Positions 12,281 through 27,000 of a stretch of DNA of 64,000 nt are shown one piece after another. The position numbers were made by a program, and so were the translations under genes. Origin of the DNA: Bispira polyomma. Its lineage: Eukaryota. The stretch lies in contig OZ287752.1 of assembly GCA_965649765.1 (NCBI GenBank), positions 70,308,001 to 70,372,000 of the forward strand. Reading direction: 5' to 3'. A model generated the notes under the pieces. That model saw only the letters and a program-made list of their open reading frames with translations, searched no databases and was not told where the DNA came from. Numbering within the stretch: position 1 is the stretch's first letter; each line of letters starts with the position of its first letter.

Positions 12281-13039
12281 TGAATTTCCACCAAATGTCC
12301 TGTAAATTGGATCATTTGTGTTTTTTTTGTGTATTTTCGGTGACCAATAAAGAAACAAACGAAGAAACACAGGTAAAAACATTAAATCCTTACCACAGAT
12401 AATTAATTCAAGGTGAACTGTAACATTTCTGTACTAGCTAATACCCATATTAATTTTTCAATGAAAGGAGAATGTTTTACCAATTGTTATCTGAACTTGT
12501 TTTCTTTTTTAATAGTTTTGTTTGTAATAACAGTCAACTATCAGAGCCAGCATAGTGCAATGTATGCTGTTTATTTCACAACAATGGGAGGACAAATTTG
12601 TTTTTAAAAGATAAGAAATATTCTAGTTAAAGGACAATTTTAAGTATATAAGGACGGTTGTTATCACTATAACCAATGGATTGCACAACATAAGCACCAA
12701 GTTAAAAATACACACAACACAGGATCTAAACAGCATATTTTATACAATACCTTCCAAGCCTTGGTTTAAGCACAAAACGTATTTTCAACAGATACTTAAT
12801 ATGTACACTGTTATTTTCCATAAAGTTCTGCATGTTTCAAGAATATCTTTAATAAGAATTTTTTTTTCAATGTTATTTCACGTTTTAATTTTATAGATGC
12901 TCTGGATTTAATAAATTTACAAAAGGAATTAATTTTAACTATTTTGGCAATGTAGTTTTTGTATTGTATTTTTTATTTTTAACATGCTTTATTGATGTGA
13001 AGCATCTTTCAAAGTGCAACAACACAGTCAATCAACCAA

Positions 13040-13220
13040 TCATAGTCTGCGTCGTTATCAGTAGGAAACGGCTTGTTCACATCTTGCCCCAAAGATGTTA
13101 TCCCACGAATAAACCTAGCCACATTAGCAACCGTAGTCGAACCGTGGCTACCCCCTCTCACACTTAGAGTTGAGCCAATGACCTTCAGACCAACCCCCTA
13201 TAACTTCTAGGCCACCGGAG
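13040..13220 (-). mobile_element. SINE copy (family of 8330)
   Basis: ATCAGTAGGAAA.GG..TGTTCA.ATCTTGCC shared with ~8347. Confidence 0.55.
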
Positions 13221-14689
13221 ATCATAGTTGGATAGTTTAAATTAATTTAATAGTGACAGTTGGTACCCTCTAAGTGGGTATCAGCTGACCCTTAAATTCA
13301 CCGCTAGATTATGGGAAAATTGTCATTGATCTTCACATCATCTTTATGGCATAAGTGTACGTGTCCATGGATATAACTTTATGATATTAGAATTTGCATT
13401 ATCTCTTGATAAGTTACATAAAACTGTATCTGTAAAAATATCCAGAATACATGATTTGTGATGGCAAAAGAAGTATTCGCTCACCATGTAAAAATTCCCA
13501 CATCAGGTGAATTCATTTTAGTAAATAATAATAAATTATAATATAATTGGGGTTTTTTACACCAACACAAATTTAACTGTCTTGTAACCTAATTTCTTTT
13601 TTTTTAATTCTTAATTTATTTTAACATATAAACAAACATTTTGGTAAAGTAGTGGACATGAAAGTATACCCATACAAGAACCACATGTTAACTATAATTA
13701 AATTAGAGGAATGACGCATGTTGTATCAGAGAAAAGATTTACCACATTTGATAAAAAATATCTGTAACGGCCTGTCTGCGAATGATACACAAATTACACA
13801 CAACTAATAATTGTTATGTCAGCCATGTTGTTTTTTAAAATAAGGTCAAAATTAAGAAAGAACAAGATATTATGGCCATTAACATGTTCGAACAAAAAAT
13901 TGGGAAGCAATAGTTTTCCTGTGAGAGTATTAATGAAGAGAATCTTTTTTAAAAGAAGTTACCATCTTGTTTTCCAAAATGATGCAAAGTTGAGGAGTAG
14001 CCAGATATTATAGCAGTGGCCTTATTCTGAAGATTTGGTGAAAGCCTTGTTTGTTTTTTTAGTCAGGCCACTCCCCCCGAAAAAAAGTAAAATTTTGACA
14101 CTTGCACCACCCTAAAATGTACATGTATTTCTTTTAAAAGAAGCATGCTTTGAAAGTAACACAAAATATATCAGTAAAAAAGCATCAGCTTTTAGTTTTT
14201 ATGTACGCCCACTTTGCACAGAAACCTATTATGTTTAGTATATACCGTACACTTATTACAGCTCACAGGTAATTTGCGTATATGCAAATATTTTCAAATA
14301 ACATAATTTTTTTCAAGTCAATAGAGTAACAGGATTCAAATCGTCTGCTGTTCTAAACCTTAATCTTTTTAAGGAGAAATATGATTGATCATTCTGGAAT
14401 TTTTATCATTTTTAAATCCAAAGAACCTGTCATATTTCATCATCATTTAGAGTTTTCAAAACACAGAACACAGCTTCTATCTTGTCTAGAGGGTCTTGAC
14501 ACAGTAACCCCCGAAAAAAAAAACATCTTAGTCTTTCCTGAGCCCACTTATATAAAATAATGCTTTCACTTCTTGCACTCCAACAAGAGATATTTTGTTG
14601 AGGTATTGCTTTTACTCTTGGTCAAGGAAATAGCCTTTACTTAAAGGAGGACTTTCATATAATTCAAATATTGTAAATGCAAACAAAAT

Positions 14690-15820
14690 ACTGAAGCTCA
14701 GTGACATTGTGTCTTTTCCTCACAAATTATGTTTAATAATTCGAGAGTTAGGCTTACTGTCAATAACTGTACCTGGAGTGTGATAAAACTGTAGCTCCCA
14801 TCGTTCTAGATCTTTTGGCAGTTTTAGACACCATCGACCATGATCTACTTTTTGACACCCTAAAACATTGGTTTGGACTAAATGGCACAGTCCTAGATTG
14901 AATTAGATCCTACCTGACTTCCAGAACCCCTTAAATCAAGCTGGGTGATCACTTCTCATCCTCATTCAACCTGCCTTTTAAAATACCCCAGAGGTCGGTC
15001 CTCGAGCCTCTACTTTTTACCCTCCACACACATCCCCTCGGTAAATTTATCAATACTCACAAGAAACACAGTTAGTACTTTAGATCATTATTCCCTATTA
15101 CACTACTGGACAATGATATATAGCCCTCTAATAATGACAATAATCTTGTTGTCGCTATTGACTCAGCCTATTGATTTGATACACACATCAAGCAGCAGCA
15201 TTTATCGCTCTTGTAACTGTCACAATTTGTGATATCAAAAGAATCAGAAATCATTTGTCAATGGATACTGTCACCGATGTGGCTAACTCCCTTGTTTGCA
15301 GCCGTTTATACTACTGCAATTCCCTTTTGCTATTTAAAACAATATGTGTTAAGCAATTTTTTACTAGGCATCTGTACTGATGTCTGTCCATACCTTAAAA
15401 ACTACATTTGTTTCCCATTCATTAACGTATTTAGTTTAGAATCCACGTCACTACTTTCAAAGTTGTTATCTCTCATCAACCCTCCTACCTTGCTGCTCAC
15501 CTTTCCTTCAGTATCCTTAAATGGGAAAAGAGACTTTCTTTTTCCTCTGTTAAACCCACCAAGAGGGCTGGGTCTGAATCTTTCTCTATTGCTACCCCTA
15601 TGTTATAAAATAGTCTCCCTGTTGAGCTTAAATCACTTGAAACACTTTCTGGTTGTAACCAAGCTGTACTACCAGTTTTAGTTCCCAACGTGGACCCCCC
15701 ATCCTTTAATACCACTTTGGCTATGTCTTTTGGACTTCTCTATTGGTTAACTGATTATGTTGTTAAACTTTACGAGATGCCTTGCATCAATAAAGCAAGT
15801 TAAAAATCCAATACAAATTC
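14690..15820 (+). mobile_element. Decayed L2/CR1-like LINE (RT and 3' UTR)
   Basis: Translates to LDLLAVLDTIDHDLLFDTLKHWFGLNGTVL (LDLSAAFDTIDH-type RT motif) and PYLKKLH; carries the family 3' UTR motif; many stops and frameshifts. Confidence 0.75.
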
Positions 15821-18800
15821 AATACTCCATACATAGCTCTGATGGAACTGAATGTTCCCCTTATCCAAATAAATGTCATGTTTTCATGTTTGAATAATTA
15901 GAGTTACGCTGTGTTCGGGTATTTGATGACAATAGTACTGAATTTTCAAGTGCATGACAAACATGGAAATTATGTTTACATATAAATATTACAGCAGTAG
16001 TAAATTAAATTGCTATTTAAATGTATACGTCTAGCTACCTTTGTCTGGTAGTGTTGAACAAAACATTTTACCTGACTGTCCAAGTACAAGCCACCAGTAA
16101 CTGTCATTCTCTTAACTAAAGACATACTTAAGTGTGACACCATTTATCACATATCAACAAGATTATGCATTTTTTTTTATACATTTTATATGGTCATCCA
16201 GGTAAAAATGTATCTTTCTCTACCTGGGAGCCCTATGCTGGAATCAAACCCAGGTCCTCTGCGCTATTAGGCGAATGGGTGTTAACTTAAATATGTTTTA
16301 AAGATGAATAACAGATTTTTTTTAAGTTGAATTAATGACTCAGAAATTGCAGATTAGTGAAATTACATTCCAGCTAAAATTTGCAGTTTTACAGTCATAA
16401 CGAGTAGATATTAGCTAGCATGTAAGTTTGATGAATTATTTGCCAAGAAGGTTTTGTTTTCACCCATGTTCGTCGGTTGGTTAGTTTTTTTGTTTGTCAA
16501 GAAGATTTCACAAATACTACTGAACCGATGAGATTTGGCCAAGAAAGAATACATTCGATTTTATAGTGTATACAGGTTAAAGGGTCGATGCATGATTTCA
16601 TGGCATCGTGACACCTTGGAAGAGGTATATAATCTACTAAGTGTCGTTCTAGATTTGTGACTGTTTTGTTTATTGTTTGTTTTCTTCCTATTTATAATTT
16701 CCAGGAGAAGGTAGATCTACTATATCACCCACGACACAACTGACAAGAAAAGCTTTGATAAAAACAATCAGTTTTAAAGGAGGATTGACTCTAAGGCTTG
16801 TTTTGGGCCCCATAAAATACAGAAAAAGGTTTTTTCATCTATAGTTAAATGAAATACCCTTTGACAGTGCTTTTATTTTCCTGTGAAGGACATACCTTGT
16901 TCCTCCACCAGTGAAATGCTCACCATAATATGACTCAAGACGTATTGTATTAGCCATGTTAAACCCAAACTAAGCTGAATAAAGTAAAGACTAATCTTTT
17001 TAATGATACTCTCATATATGCTCTAATCCCACTTGACCTCTCCACAATTTTGATATGTTTTACATTATATTTCACAGTCTTAAATCATGGTTTGGCATCA
17101 CAGGTCTGGCCTTGAGATGATTCATATTATATCTGTCAAACTGTACACAGGGTGTTAAGGTTAGGGCCCTTTTATCCAGATTTAAAGGCATATATTTTAG
17201 AGTGCCACAAGGCTTTCTCATGGGACGCATACTTTTAGATGTGACCAGAAAAGCGGAAGCTGATAGCAGGAAATTTGCTGTGTCATTAGCCACGTTCGAC
17301 TGGTAGAAAAGATACTCTCACTGTTTGTCTGGTCAATATTCCAAAAAAGATAAGTATCAAAGTTATACACATGTCTAGCTGGTTAACTTTCTGAAAAAGT
17401 CACGTGACAAGCTAAATAATGATAGGTTTCAGTAGACAGCACTCTGAAGCATTAACTGCCATATAAGGATATTTAACTGTCTGTGACCTTTGACTCTGCA
17501 ACACCCATGTGCTACGTTTTATACGATCATAATAATAGAATTACATATTACCTTAAATGAACACATATTTGCTTGAATAAGAATGTTATATGAATTCATA
17601 ATTCATCAAATAGGTTAGCATTCCAAAAAATTATTGCTCTTTATGTAAAATATTGCTATATCGCCCATCATGCACGTGATATACTTCCGAGTCTTTCCTT
17701 CGTCAATTGTCGTTTGTTTTTGGTTGTAGATACTTATTTCTACTGTGCGGCTGGTACCATAATAGTTAAGTATCTCTGTTACTGCGCAGGTGGGCGGAGT
17801 TCACAGATAAGTATCTGAAACGCTACCAATAGAACAGCTTAATTCAGACATATATATTAAAACATTGAAATATAATTGGTTTTTAAAGTCTAAAATACTA
17901 AGAATAATTAAACAATGAGAAGGATGGGGGAGGTATATAGTTTTTCAATTGTTGTCCACTCGATCTCAGGCTTTAATGTGAGATTTTTTTAGTGCCAGGC
18001 ACAAACCTGCTGGTCGCACTTGCACACATTTTGAACCATTCATATAGTAGTATTGTCATTATGTGCCTGAAAAAGTAAAACTACAATTAATCAAAGTTCA
18101 GTTGCACAAGATTTAGACGCAAATTAAAGGCTTTTTTTAACATACACTATTAGAAGAGTAATTTTATTCATTAAAGACACATTACAAATACTATGGAGTA
18201 ATTTTATTAATAAAAATTTTAGGTAAAATATATCCTATTTGCACCAGTTTTGTATGTACACAATGAAAAGACTGTTTTAGTATTTAATACATCTTAAATG
18301 AGAAGGGCGCATGAGTCAGCAAATAGAGTGTCAGTTCTTCCTAATGAAATGCAACGAAAAATTCCTCTATAGCTCTAAAATTGCTGTCTAGATATCCTCC
18401 AAGGCAAATCACCATTAGGATTATCCAATAACATAGTGCAGGTACACAAAACATGGTTTTAGTAGGAAAAAAATAAATAATTAAATAAATTTTTTTTTTA
18501 AAAAAAAAAACGATTGATAGACAGATAGATTAATACATCAGTATTTTATTGGGTTTGTTTGCATCAATGTTTTATTTTATGATATTACACACAACACGTT
18601 GGCTAGCATTAGTTTTAGACATCCCAATAACATGCAATATATACATTGGTACATGTAATCTATTGAACAAAAGCCACAAAGTACAATGTTAATAGATAGG
18701 GGTTTAACATATTATTAAATAATTATCAAAGAAACAATTAAACAATTCACAAAATATCTAGGTATTTAACAGTAGGCCAATGAAATGTACATGCTGATCT

Positions 18801-19429
18801 ACAATTGTCATACAGATGTTTTAAGCAAATCAGTCTTTTAAGATTGCTAAAAATTGCCTGATGGCAAGATTTACTGAATTCCCATTATATTTAATTGTAG
18901 TACCTGCTGAAATATTGGCCTTTTTTACAAAAAGTACAGAATAATCATCTTTAACCGTGGCTTTGAATTACATGTTCCCCCAACTGGTTGAAATTTGAGG
19001 TGCTGATGACAACATTCTGGTTATAAAATGAGTATAAGACCAGCCAAAAAACATATCTACTACTATTACACAAAACTGACAATTTGAAATTTTATAAACT
19101 CCCTTGATTTCCTATTGTTTTATGTTTAAAGGACTGTTTTCAAATTTATAAAAAACTCATTTATCCAAACAAAAATTTAATCACATAATATGTTCAGATA
19201 ATTCACTTTCTAAACTTATATTATCTAAATATTCAAATTTTATAAACTCAATTGCACTCTTTCTTAACTTACTATTAAACCAAATTTTGATCTCATGATA
19301 TATTGAGATAACTGAGTTTCTACCTGTACTGAGAGTATCTGTGTCGTTTTACAATTTAAACATAAACTTTAATATAAAAAACAGCAGTCATCTTTCACCA
19401 TCAGAGGTGGGATGGTTTTTTCTCCTCTC

Positions 19430-22400
19430 TCACTTTTCCATCAAGTTTCCTGATATCACATCTTCATCCGACAACTTCTGGATCAGGAAGACACTGAAGA
19501 TGGTCCTCTTCTCGATGCTCTGCACTTCTGCCTCTGAGCCGCTGTTTTCCGTTACAACATAGATCTCCTGACCTCGGTGACAGCCCACCATGGCAGAAGT
19601 GGCAGACGTTCCATGATCGACAGAATTGTCGTGGATGTGAATTTTAAAGACATACTCGGAATCCAGCATGACTTTGATGAAGAGTCCTCCGTTGTTCCTC
19701 TCTTCCATGTGGGCATTCACAGAGTAGACACCAGACACGGGGCAGGTGAACTTGCTGGTGCTTGGGTCGTACGCAGCACCATAGTTAAAGAGGACCTGTG
19801 AGAACTTCACCGTGGAACCAGACGAATAGTAGCTACCTGTGTTGGCCCAGGCGGTAAAACCAACAAAGAAGTCTGAATCTAGAAGAAAAAAAACAAAACA
19901 CATAGGACATTAAACAAAATAAAGAAAAAACTTTATTACTGTGAAGGCCAAGTTAAAAAAATAAAAATATTAAGCAACATATTTTAATAAAATGACTACA
20001 GTTGTTTTGTTTAGTATTTTGTATGAAAGCCTTTGGCCTGCACAATAGCTGCCATCCTTTGAGGCATGCTCTGAACAAGCTTCTGTAATGTTCTTAGGGA
20101 AAATTTCTCCAATCGTCACATAAAGCTTGTTCCAGTTTAAATAAATTTGAAGGTTTTTCATATCCACGGTGCTTAATAGATTAGAAAAAACTCGAGCTGG
20201 TTTCATAAACAAGCAGACTGTAAGAATGAAAACCATGGTTTTCTTTCTGTTACAGTTAGTAGGAAAGAGCCTGGAAACCAGAATATATGACTTAATTCAT
20301 TGATTGGCTAGTTTAGAAAATTGTTTTTTGTTTACTATAATCCCCCATATCTACGGCAATATACACGCAAGTATACAAGTGTAGAGTAACAAGGAAAGCA
20401 ATCACCAATAAGTAATCGAGTACAATTTATGGTGCTTGCGGCAGCATTAAAAAGTAAGAGTGTATATCTAACATATTAAGTAACCCCATATTTCTGTATA
20501 CATTTTGCTCCTTTTGCTAGCATTATCTCCAAATATCCACCTTGGGTATTTTTCATGGAGTATTTAAGTTTTAGAATAAAGGTTAATCTGTATATAGTCC
20601 CGAAATATTGCCTGGGGTGAATAAAGATGTAGTCAGAATCCAGCATGACTTGGTATAATAGTATAATCCTTGAATATCTACCAGGGGATAAAGCATGATT
20701 GTACTGTATTCCCCATCACCCCATGGCGGATAAAACACCATGATATTCCAATACCCATACTTCCCCCCCAAGGATCATAGTAAAAGGATCACATTGGAGT
20801 TACACTACACAAGCCTATATAAACATCGCTTGAATACAACATCCGATGCAATCACAGAGGAAGCTATCTCTAAACACAATTAAGGATAATTCCTGTATAA
20901 TCGCCCTGTGAGATAAAACATGAATATAATAGAATCACTGCATCTCCTTGAGGAGATATATAGGATATATAGCGACTAATATATCTTCCCCATATATTGC
21001 CCGGTGGACATAGTATGATCATGTTTCCTCCCGCAGGAGACAAGCAGAGATTCTTTACATATTGATTTCTGTTTTGACCATTATTCAACTAATTTAGTAT
21101 GGCTTTACATTTACCAACAGGCTCCACCAAATGATTGATTGCATAAGCATTGTTTCCTGGAAGTTTCTATTGTAAACATTATCCTTTGACATTAACAACT
21201 GCATCATTGATATTGCATTAGATTGGTTTTAACGAAGGGTACATTTGGAGATATGGCATATCTGTCATAAAGATAAAAGCCTCTTACCTGTATTGCTGTC
21301 TTGCTGGTCCAGTTGCTCCTCTAGCCTTTCTACGAGTGCTTTGCTACGGTTCAGCTGATTGGCTATGTCATCAGCCAACAGGAGGCGCTCCTGTTGCACA
21401 TTGACGATGTCCTGTAACGTCTTCTGTTGTTGGGTGATAACCTTGACGGTCTTGGTCAGTTTGGTGAGTTCATCCTCTAAGTCACCAGTGCCCATGTCTT
21501 TGTACATCTATAATTAAGGAATATTAACCCATGACAAACCAAGGAGACATGGGAATCTTATACCACTATGGAAAGCGTGGGGACACAAAGGCGTGCTCCC
21601 TGGTGTTTTTTACTATTAAAAGAATGGAAAATTCCCAAACGCATAAATGACTACTGAGGTGAGGGTGAGAGTATTCAATTCTAAACCACCAAGGTCCCCT
21701 CCAGCAAATGGCATACAATGGTAAAACTACACCAGCGGTGTGTATGATTAAATTTTATCATGAAAGAAGACAAGGCATTAGTGTTTTGTCTTATTGAGTT
21801 ATATAATTTAACAATACAGAACACAAGTAAGGTTTTACTTTTATCATACACTATATTTTATCCTTATAATGCTTAAAATGTAATGAAATTTAAAAAAATA
21901 ACAACAAAAGCGTAAAAATAATAAATATTGTTTACGTTTGAAAACCTTCTATTCACTGTGATGTCAAGTTTAACATAAAAGATGTACTGAGTTGGCACCA
22001 AGAATTAAATCAAAGTAGTCTTTGAAATGCAGTACAAATCCAGATTTTTATAATAAAACATACGATATCTATTTTGTGTAAATTCAGTTGTTTTCATAAA
22101 TGAGTAAAGTGAACATTAAAACCTTCGATAGACAAGCAAATCATGTTGTTTCCTGAAACATTTTCATAGGCGCTGTGTGATAAAAAAAATGTAGAATGCA
22201 GCCATTTTATGGCATGTTATAATTGTGCCCCGGTGCCAAATTACAATGCCAAGCAGTATTTCTTTATAGAGAAACCTATATAAATACTTGGAAAAATTAT
22301 TTAATAATTAAAAATAATAAAGACTTACATCCGGATGATCCACGATGGTAGCCGCTTTAGATAGGGCTGTGACCAGGTTAGCCATCCCATAGATATCAAC

Positions 22401-22589
22401 CTTTTCTCCAGGAGCCTGCACTAGGGTGGTCACCAATTTGGTGGTAATATCGCCCAGACTGTTCAAACTGTCTCCTTGGTGAGGTGCCGACTCGACAGCC
22501 AATCTGGTGGTAGCATTTCCTGTTGCCAAGGTACCCAGCACTAGGGTTGCCATGGCAACTAAAAAACTTAAACTTTTTTGATTGGTCAT
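19430..22589 (-). CDS. Secreted C1q-domain-containing protein (C1qDC paralog 2), ~309 aa, 3 coding exons
   Basis: Exons: 22589-22329 (MTNQKSL to DHPD, donor GTAAGT, phase 0); 21507-21288 (coiled coil, 220 nt, phase 1); 19878-19430 (gC1q motifs VGFTAWA, FSQVLFNYGAAYD, KFTCPVSGVY; stop TGA). Intron phases and exon-2 length identical to paralog 1. Confidence 0.92.
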
Positions 22590-22770
22590 TTTGAAACAAA
22601 AAAAAAACAACCCAAAAGCAATGATCCTCTGAATTGAATAGAAGCTTTAGAAAAAAATATTCAGCACTGCCTTTTCTCAAAGCAACTTCTTAAATGAAAG
22701 AAGAATTAAGCTTTGCAACCAACAGCAGCAAGTAAATATCTCTATTCAAGTTTTAGAGTAGAGGAGACTG

Positions 22771-22778
22771 TTTATATA
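22771..22778 (-). promoter_or_regulatory. Candidate TATA box of C1qDC gene 2
   Basis: TATATAAA on the minus strand about 185 nt upstream of ATG 22589. Confidence 0.4.
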
Positions 22779-22806
22779 GGTTTATATTCAGACACCCACA
22801 CTTATC

Positions 22807-22810
<4 letters not shown>

Positions 22811-22842
<32 letters not shown>
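22811..22842. repeat. (TA)n microsatellite
   Basis: About 16 TA units just upstream of the candidate TATA box. Confidence 0.95.
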
Positions 22843-22843
<1 letters not shown>

Positions 22844-23684
22844 TGACAGAGAGAGCTAGTTACTATGACTACAACCTGATTGCGAAATATGCACTGGTTT
22901 GTTTGAAATATCTGTTTACAGTGGATGTGTTGGGAGGGAGGGGGAGAAGGAGTGGTCATAGCCTTGCAAAAGACTCAAGTTTATCATTAAATGTATCAAT
23001 CTATTTTCAATTGATTTTAAGGTCTATGAGTATATCACTCACCCAGGTACAGGAATACATGGCTTAGATCACAGCCTAGGCTGATCAGGTACAGGAATAT
23101 ACATGGAGGGTCGAATGACAGATAAATCAAATCTGACTGCATATTTAAATTCAGTGTTAAAATCTGGATTAAAATGAATGGCCACACATATGGGCTAATT
23201 CTACTCATTGCTTTCATATAAGTTCAGCTAAAGTGTCTTTCAGGAAAGCAGGTCCAAACCCTACATTCTCTAAAGAATACCTATACTTGTAACCATTCAT
23301 TTTAATACATGTTTCAGCACTGAATTCAAATATGACAGTCAGATTTTACTTAAACCTCAATTCTTTAAGAAATAAATATTATTTCATGCATTGGACACTG
23401 GAGCCTGAGACAAGGCTACAGAGTAAACACTGAAGTTTGACAACAACTAGGGGAGTTTACTAAAACAGGATCTAAGTGTCTTCTACCCGGGACAGTTCTA
23501 AGAAAAATATTTGCATCAAGTTTGGACAAGTTTGTTGGATAACATGTATTACAACTGGGTAATGACCTTTTAAAGTGTGTCCTTAAACAAGTCTTCAGTA
23601 TATACTTATTTTTATCACTTGTTAGCCTTTCTTAAGGCTCCAATCTACTTACATTGTTAGTCATGCAATAGTGTGTTTTAATTT

Positions 23685-23905
23685 AAATTTAGTTGGATTT
23701 TTGATGTCATTTTCAACAGCTTAGGTCATATCACCATGACCCGATTTAATGGTGGAAGAAACCAGTGCTGAAGCCACTATAAACAACCGACCTCTGTCAC
23801 GTACATGGCAAACTTTCTTACATGAAATAACTAAATGGATTCAAACCCACATTGGTAAGATATCAGTGATTTTGAAGCTATTGCTTCTAACCATGCAGCC
23901 CCTGT
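23685..23905 (-). mobile_element. tRNA-derived SINE
   Basis: TTTAGTTGGATTTTTGATG tail, AACCCACATTGGT and CTTCTAACCA as in the 11120 copy. Confidence 0.65.
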
Positions 23906-25668
23906 CTTATTCAGTTATGCCCCATTCACATATCGGCGATATGCTAGGTGGTAACAAAAGATACTGTAAGTTGTCATTTCACCTATTTAATCGGCTGTTT
24001 CATCTGTTTTATTTGGGCGATATATATCGGAAAGGTGAAAAGAGATAATAAAAGACAGGAATAGGTGATTACAGGTGAACAGTAGAGTAGTACAGTAGAA
24101 AAACGAAAATACTTGGACATAGTCGGAAATAGGCAGAAACGGGAGTAACACTTAGAGTAGTGAAACAGAAATTCCAATAAATAGTCAGAAACAGACAAGT
24201 ACTAGGACAGAGGAAATAGTCAGTAACTGTGGGAAGTATTTCTTTGTCTTTTTCTGCTGTGATTTTGACCCTACTTAAAAAGTTCTGCCTCAGACCACTA
24301 ACTGCTCAAGTTTGGGGAAAAAAATGTAAACTCATGGAAAAGTCACAGAGTGGGTTTCCCGCGCTAGATGGCGCTAGATGCAAAACATCTCTCATCGCCT
24401 CTCCATTCTGTCATAGTATGGACAACACTTTCAGTGAGTGATTTTAAAATTGTCTTTAGGGAGGGAGGGGGGCTTACTGGTATAATGGTAACACACTCAT
24501 CACCCCATCTGTTATGGTGACTTCCAAAATATCAGTATAGTAGGCAAAGTTGTCAGTAGACTATCTCAAGGCCGGGGGTTTGCAGGGTAGAAAGCCTGCT
24601 GTACTGGCAACTACCTTTCATGAGGAACTGAAGTAAAACAAAATAATATATTTGGGCAAAAATGCTGTTGGTAGCTAGGTGACATATTAGGGGTCGAAAG
24701 GGTTAATCTATTACCCTGAGATTATAAAAAAAAGCTATCCTCCTTAAACTATGTCAAAACTGGAAGAGCTCTCAATACAATGCACACATCTGTCAAAACA
24801 GTACAGTACCAAACCCTGAAAAACTAATTCTGGATTCCAAAACTTTGATGGTTTTTCTTTAAGTCAATGCGTACACCAAATTTCATGTAAATCAGCTCAA
24901 TACATTTGGTGTAATCCCGGTGATCACCAATGGACATGGACCAAAAACTTAATAACTTCCTTTGAGAAATCTATTACTTGTTTATATGATAATGAAAAGT
25001 CACCACATGTTTAATGTTTTAATTTACCTGTATTTTACATGTTTAGAGCACAAACTGGCTTTGTTATATAAAACAAAATTGTACAAGTGTTGTGTTAATA
25101 ATAACAATATCATTATTTGCAAGTGGTAGTTTACTTTTGAGATACTAAAAAAGTATTCCTGAGACTTCTTTTTTGCTATTAAATACATTACAAATAACAG
25201 TTTAGCAAGCTAAAGTTTTGTTTAAATGAGTTTTAAGCCAAATAATATATGTAAATTATACAAATGTTTTTTAAACTATTTCTCTTCCTTTTTTCTATGG
25301 TAATAATGTACTGTTTGATGTACTATATAAAACCAGAATAAACCAATAAATAAACACCTTTCCTAAATAGTCTAATTGTGCATTCATTCAGAATACTCAA
25401 GGACCTACACGTGTGCTTTGTGATCAACCTTATTACTGTGCACATACACACGAGTACAGCTCACAAACATAATAGAATGCTACAATCCGCTTGTACATCT
25501 TTCATACACAAAGTGAATTTAGCATTTAAATACAGATATTTTGATACCAAATAACCTTATATTCATAGAGCACGACGTCTAATTTAGCATTTAAATACAC
25601 ACATTTTATTACCAAATAACCAGATTTGTCAGTGAAGTAAATGCAATACTCAATTTATTGATCTTTCA

Positions 25669-26278
25669 TGCCATGGTCACACTGCCCTTACATTTTGATT
25701 ATCCCAAAAAAGGCTAACTTAAGGTAAAACATACTAAAATGTAAGTAAACGTAAGCATGTGTGAGTAAGATTGTCCCTTAATCTACCGTTAAAAAAAGTC
25801 TTATTTTCTGAATGCTCGAAATTTTTTACAGTTTTAGTTGTTTGCTAAAAATTTTCTGGAAATGGGTGGTGTGTTTGCGACCAATATATGACACGTATTC
25901 AATGCGTATTTGACTTAAATGACAGCAGTAAAATGAACTATCCGTCCAAATAATATTAAAAGTGAGGAGAACGAGAACGAAACAGGTTTACAAATGTTAA
26001 AAATAAGGAGAACAAGACCGAAACTGGTTTAGAATAGTGGCTAACGTCTTTCCAAAATGTGGCTAATGAGGCTAACGTATTCCTAAAACGTGGCTAACGA
26101 GTCAAACATAATTGAAACGACTATTGAAACGTGTACAGATGCGTACTGAACGTGTGCAAAATGGCCCATACATTGATTTTGCTACGTTTTCCCGATTTTC
26201 CCATGGTTTTTCATTTAGTTTTCTCCCATTTGCAGAAATAAAAACGTAACGAGAACATAGCTCAATGTGACCACGGCA
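25669..26278. mobile_element. Harbinger-like MITE
   Basis: TIRs TGCCATGGTCACACTG and CAATGTGACCACGGCA; internal AACG-rich short repeats. Confidence 0.65.
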
Positions 26279-26764
26279 TTGGAGAACATCCAAGAATAGT
26301 TAGGGACGGGGGAACTATGAAAGATAGTATCCGTAAAAACTTAAGCTTGACATGGGTGAATAAGTTTGTTGTTCTTGCTGAATGGAATGACCCCGTTTAT
26401 TTATCCCAGCTGACTAAATTAGGATACAAGTCTCAATCAAGTATCAGTTTGCAATGTGTTCAAATAGACAGGTTGCCAGCTAACAAATTCATATTGGCAA
26501 GGTCACTGAGTAAGCTGAGATTATTGAAGTCTGGTTCAAGAAGCTCTCAAGGTGACATTTAAGTACAAATGAACTTCAGTATCTATATTATAAATCAATA
26601 AGTGTACATATAATTATAAAATGTAGTACAATAAACTGAAAAAATAATATAAATGTTTCTGCGAGCCGACATAAATTTAAGACCAATATATATATATATA
26701 CTATATAACTACAATGTTTAGCCTTATTAATTACAGTCTATGTCAAAATTCAGATAGGCCTGCT

Positions 26765-27000
26765 CCATTTAAAAACAATGTTTCCGAAAAATTTTCAGCA
26801 AACGACTAAAAATGTAAAAAATTTCGAGCAGTCTGAAAATTAAGACGTTTTTAAAAAAAACGGATATTAAGGGACCAGCTGATCCCCGCATGCTTACCTT
26901 TTTTCCGCACACTACGTTTTGCTTATGTTTACTTAGGTTTTACCTTACGTTAGTCATTTTTCGTGCGTAAGCAAAGCATAAGCTCAGTGTAACCACGGCA
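26765..27000 (-). mobile_element. Inverted partial copy of the same MITE family
   Basis: Ends CAGTGTAACCACGGCA followed by TAA; reverse complement aligns with 25669-25860. Confidence 0.65.
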
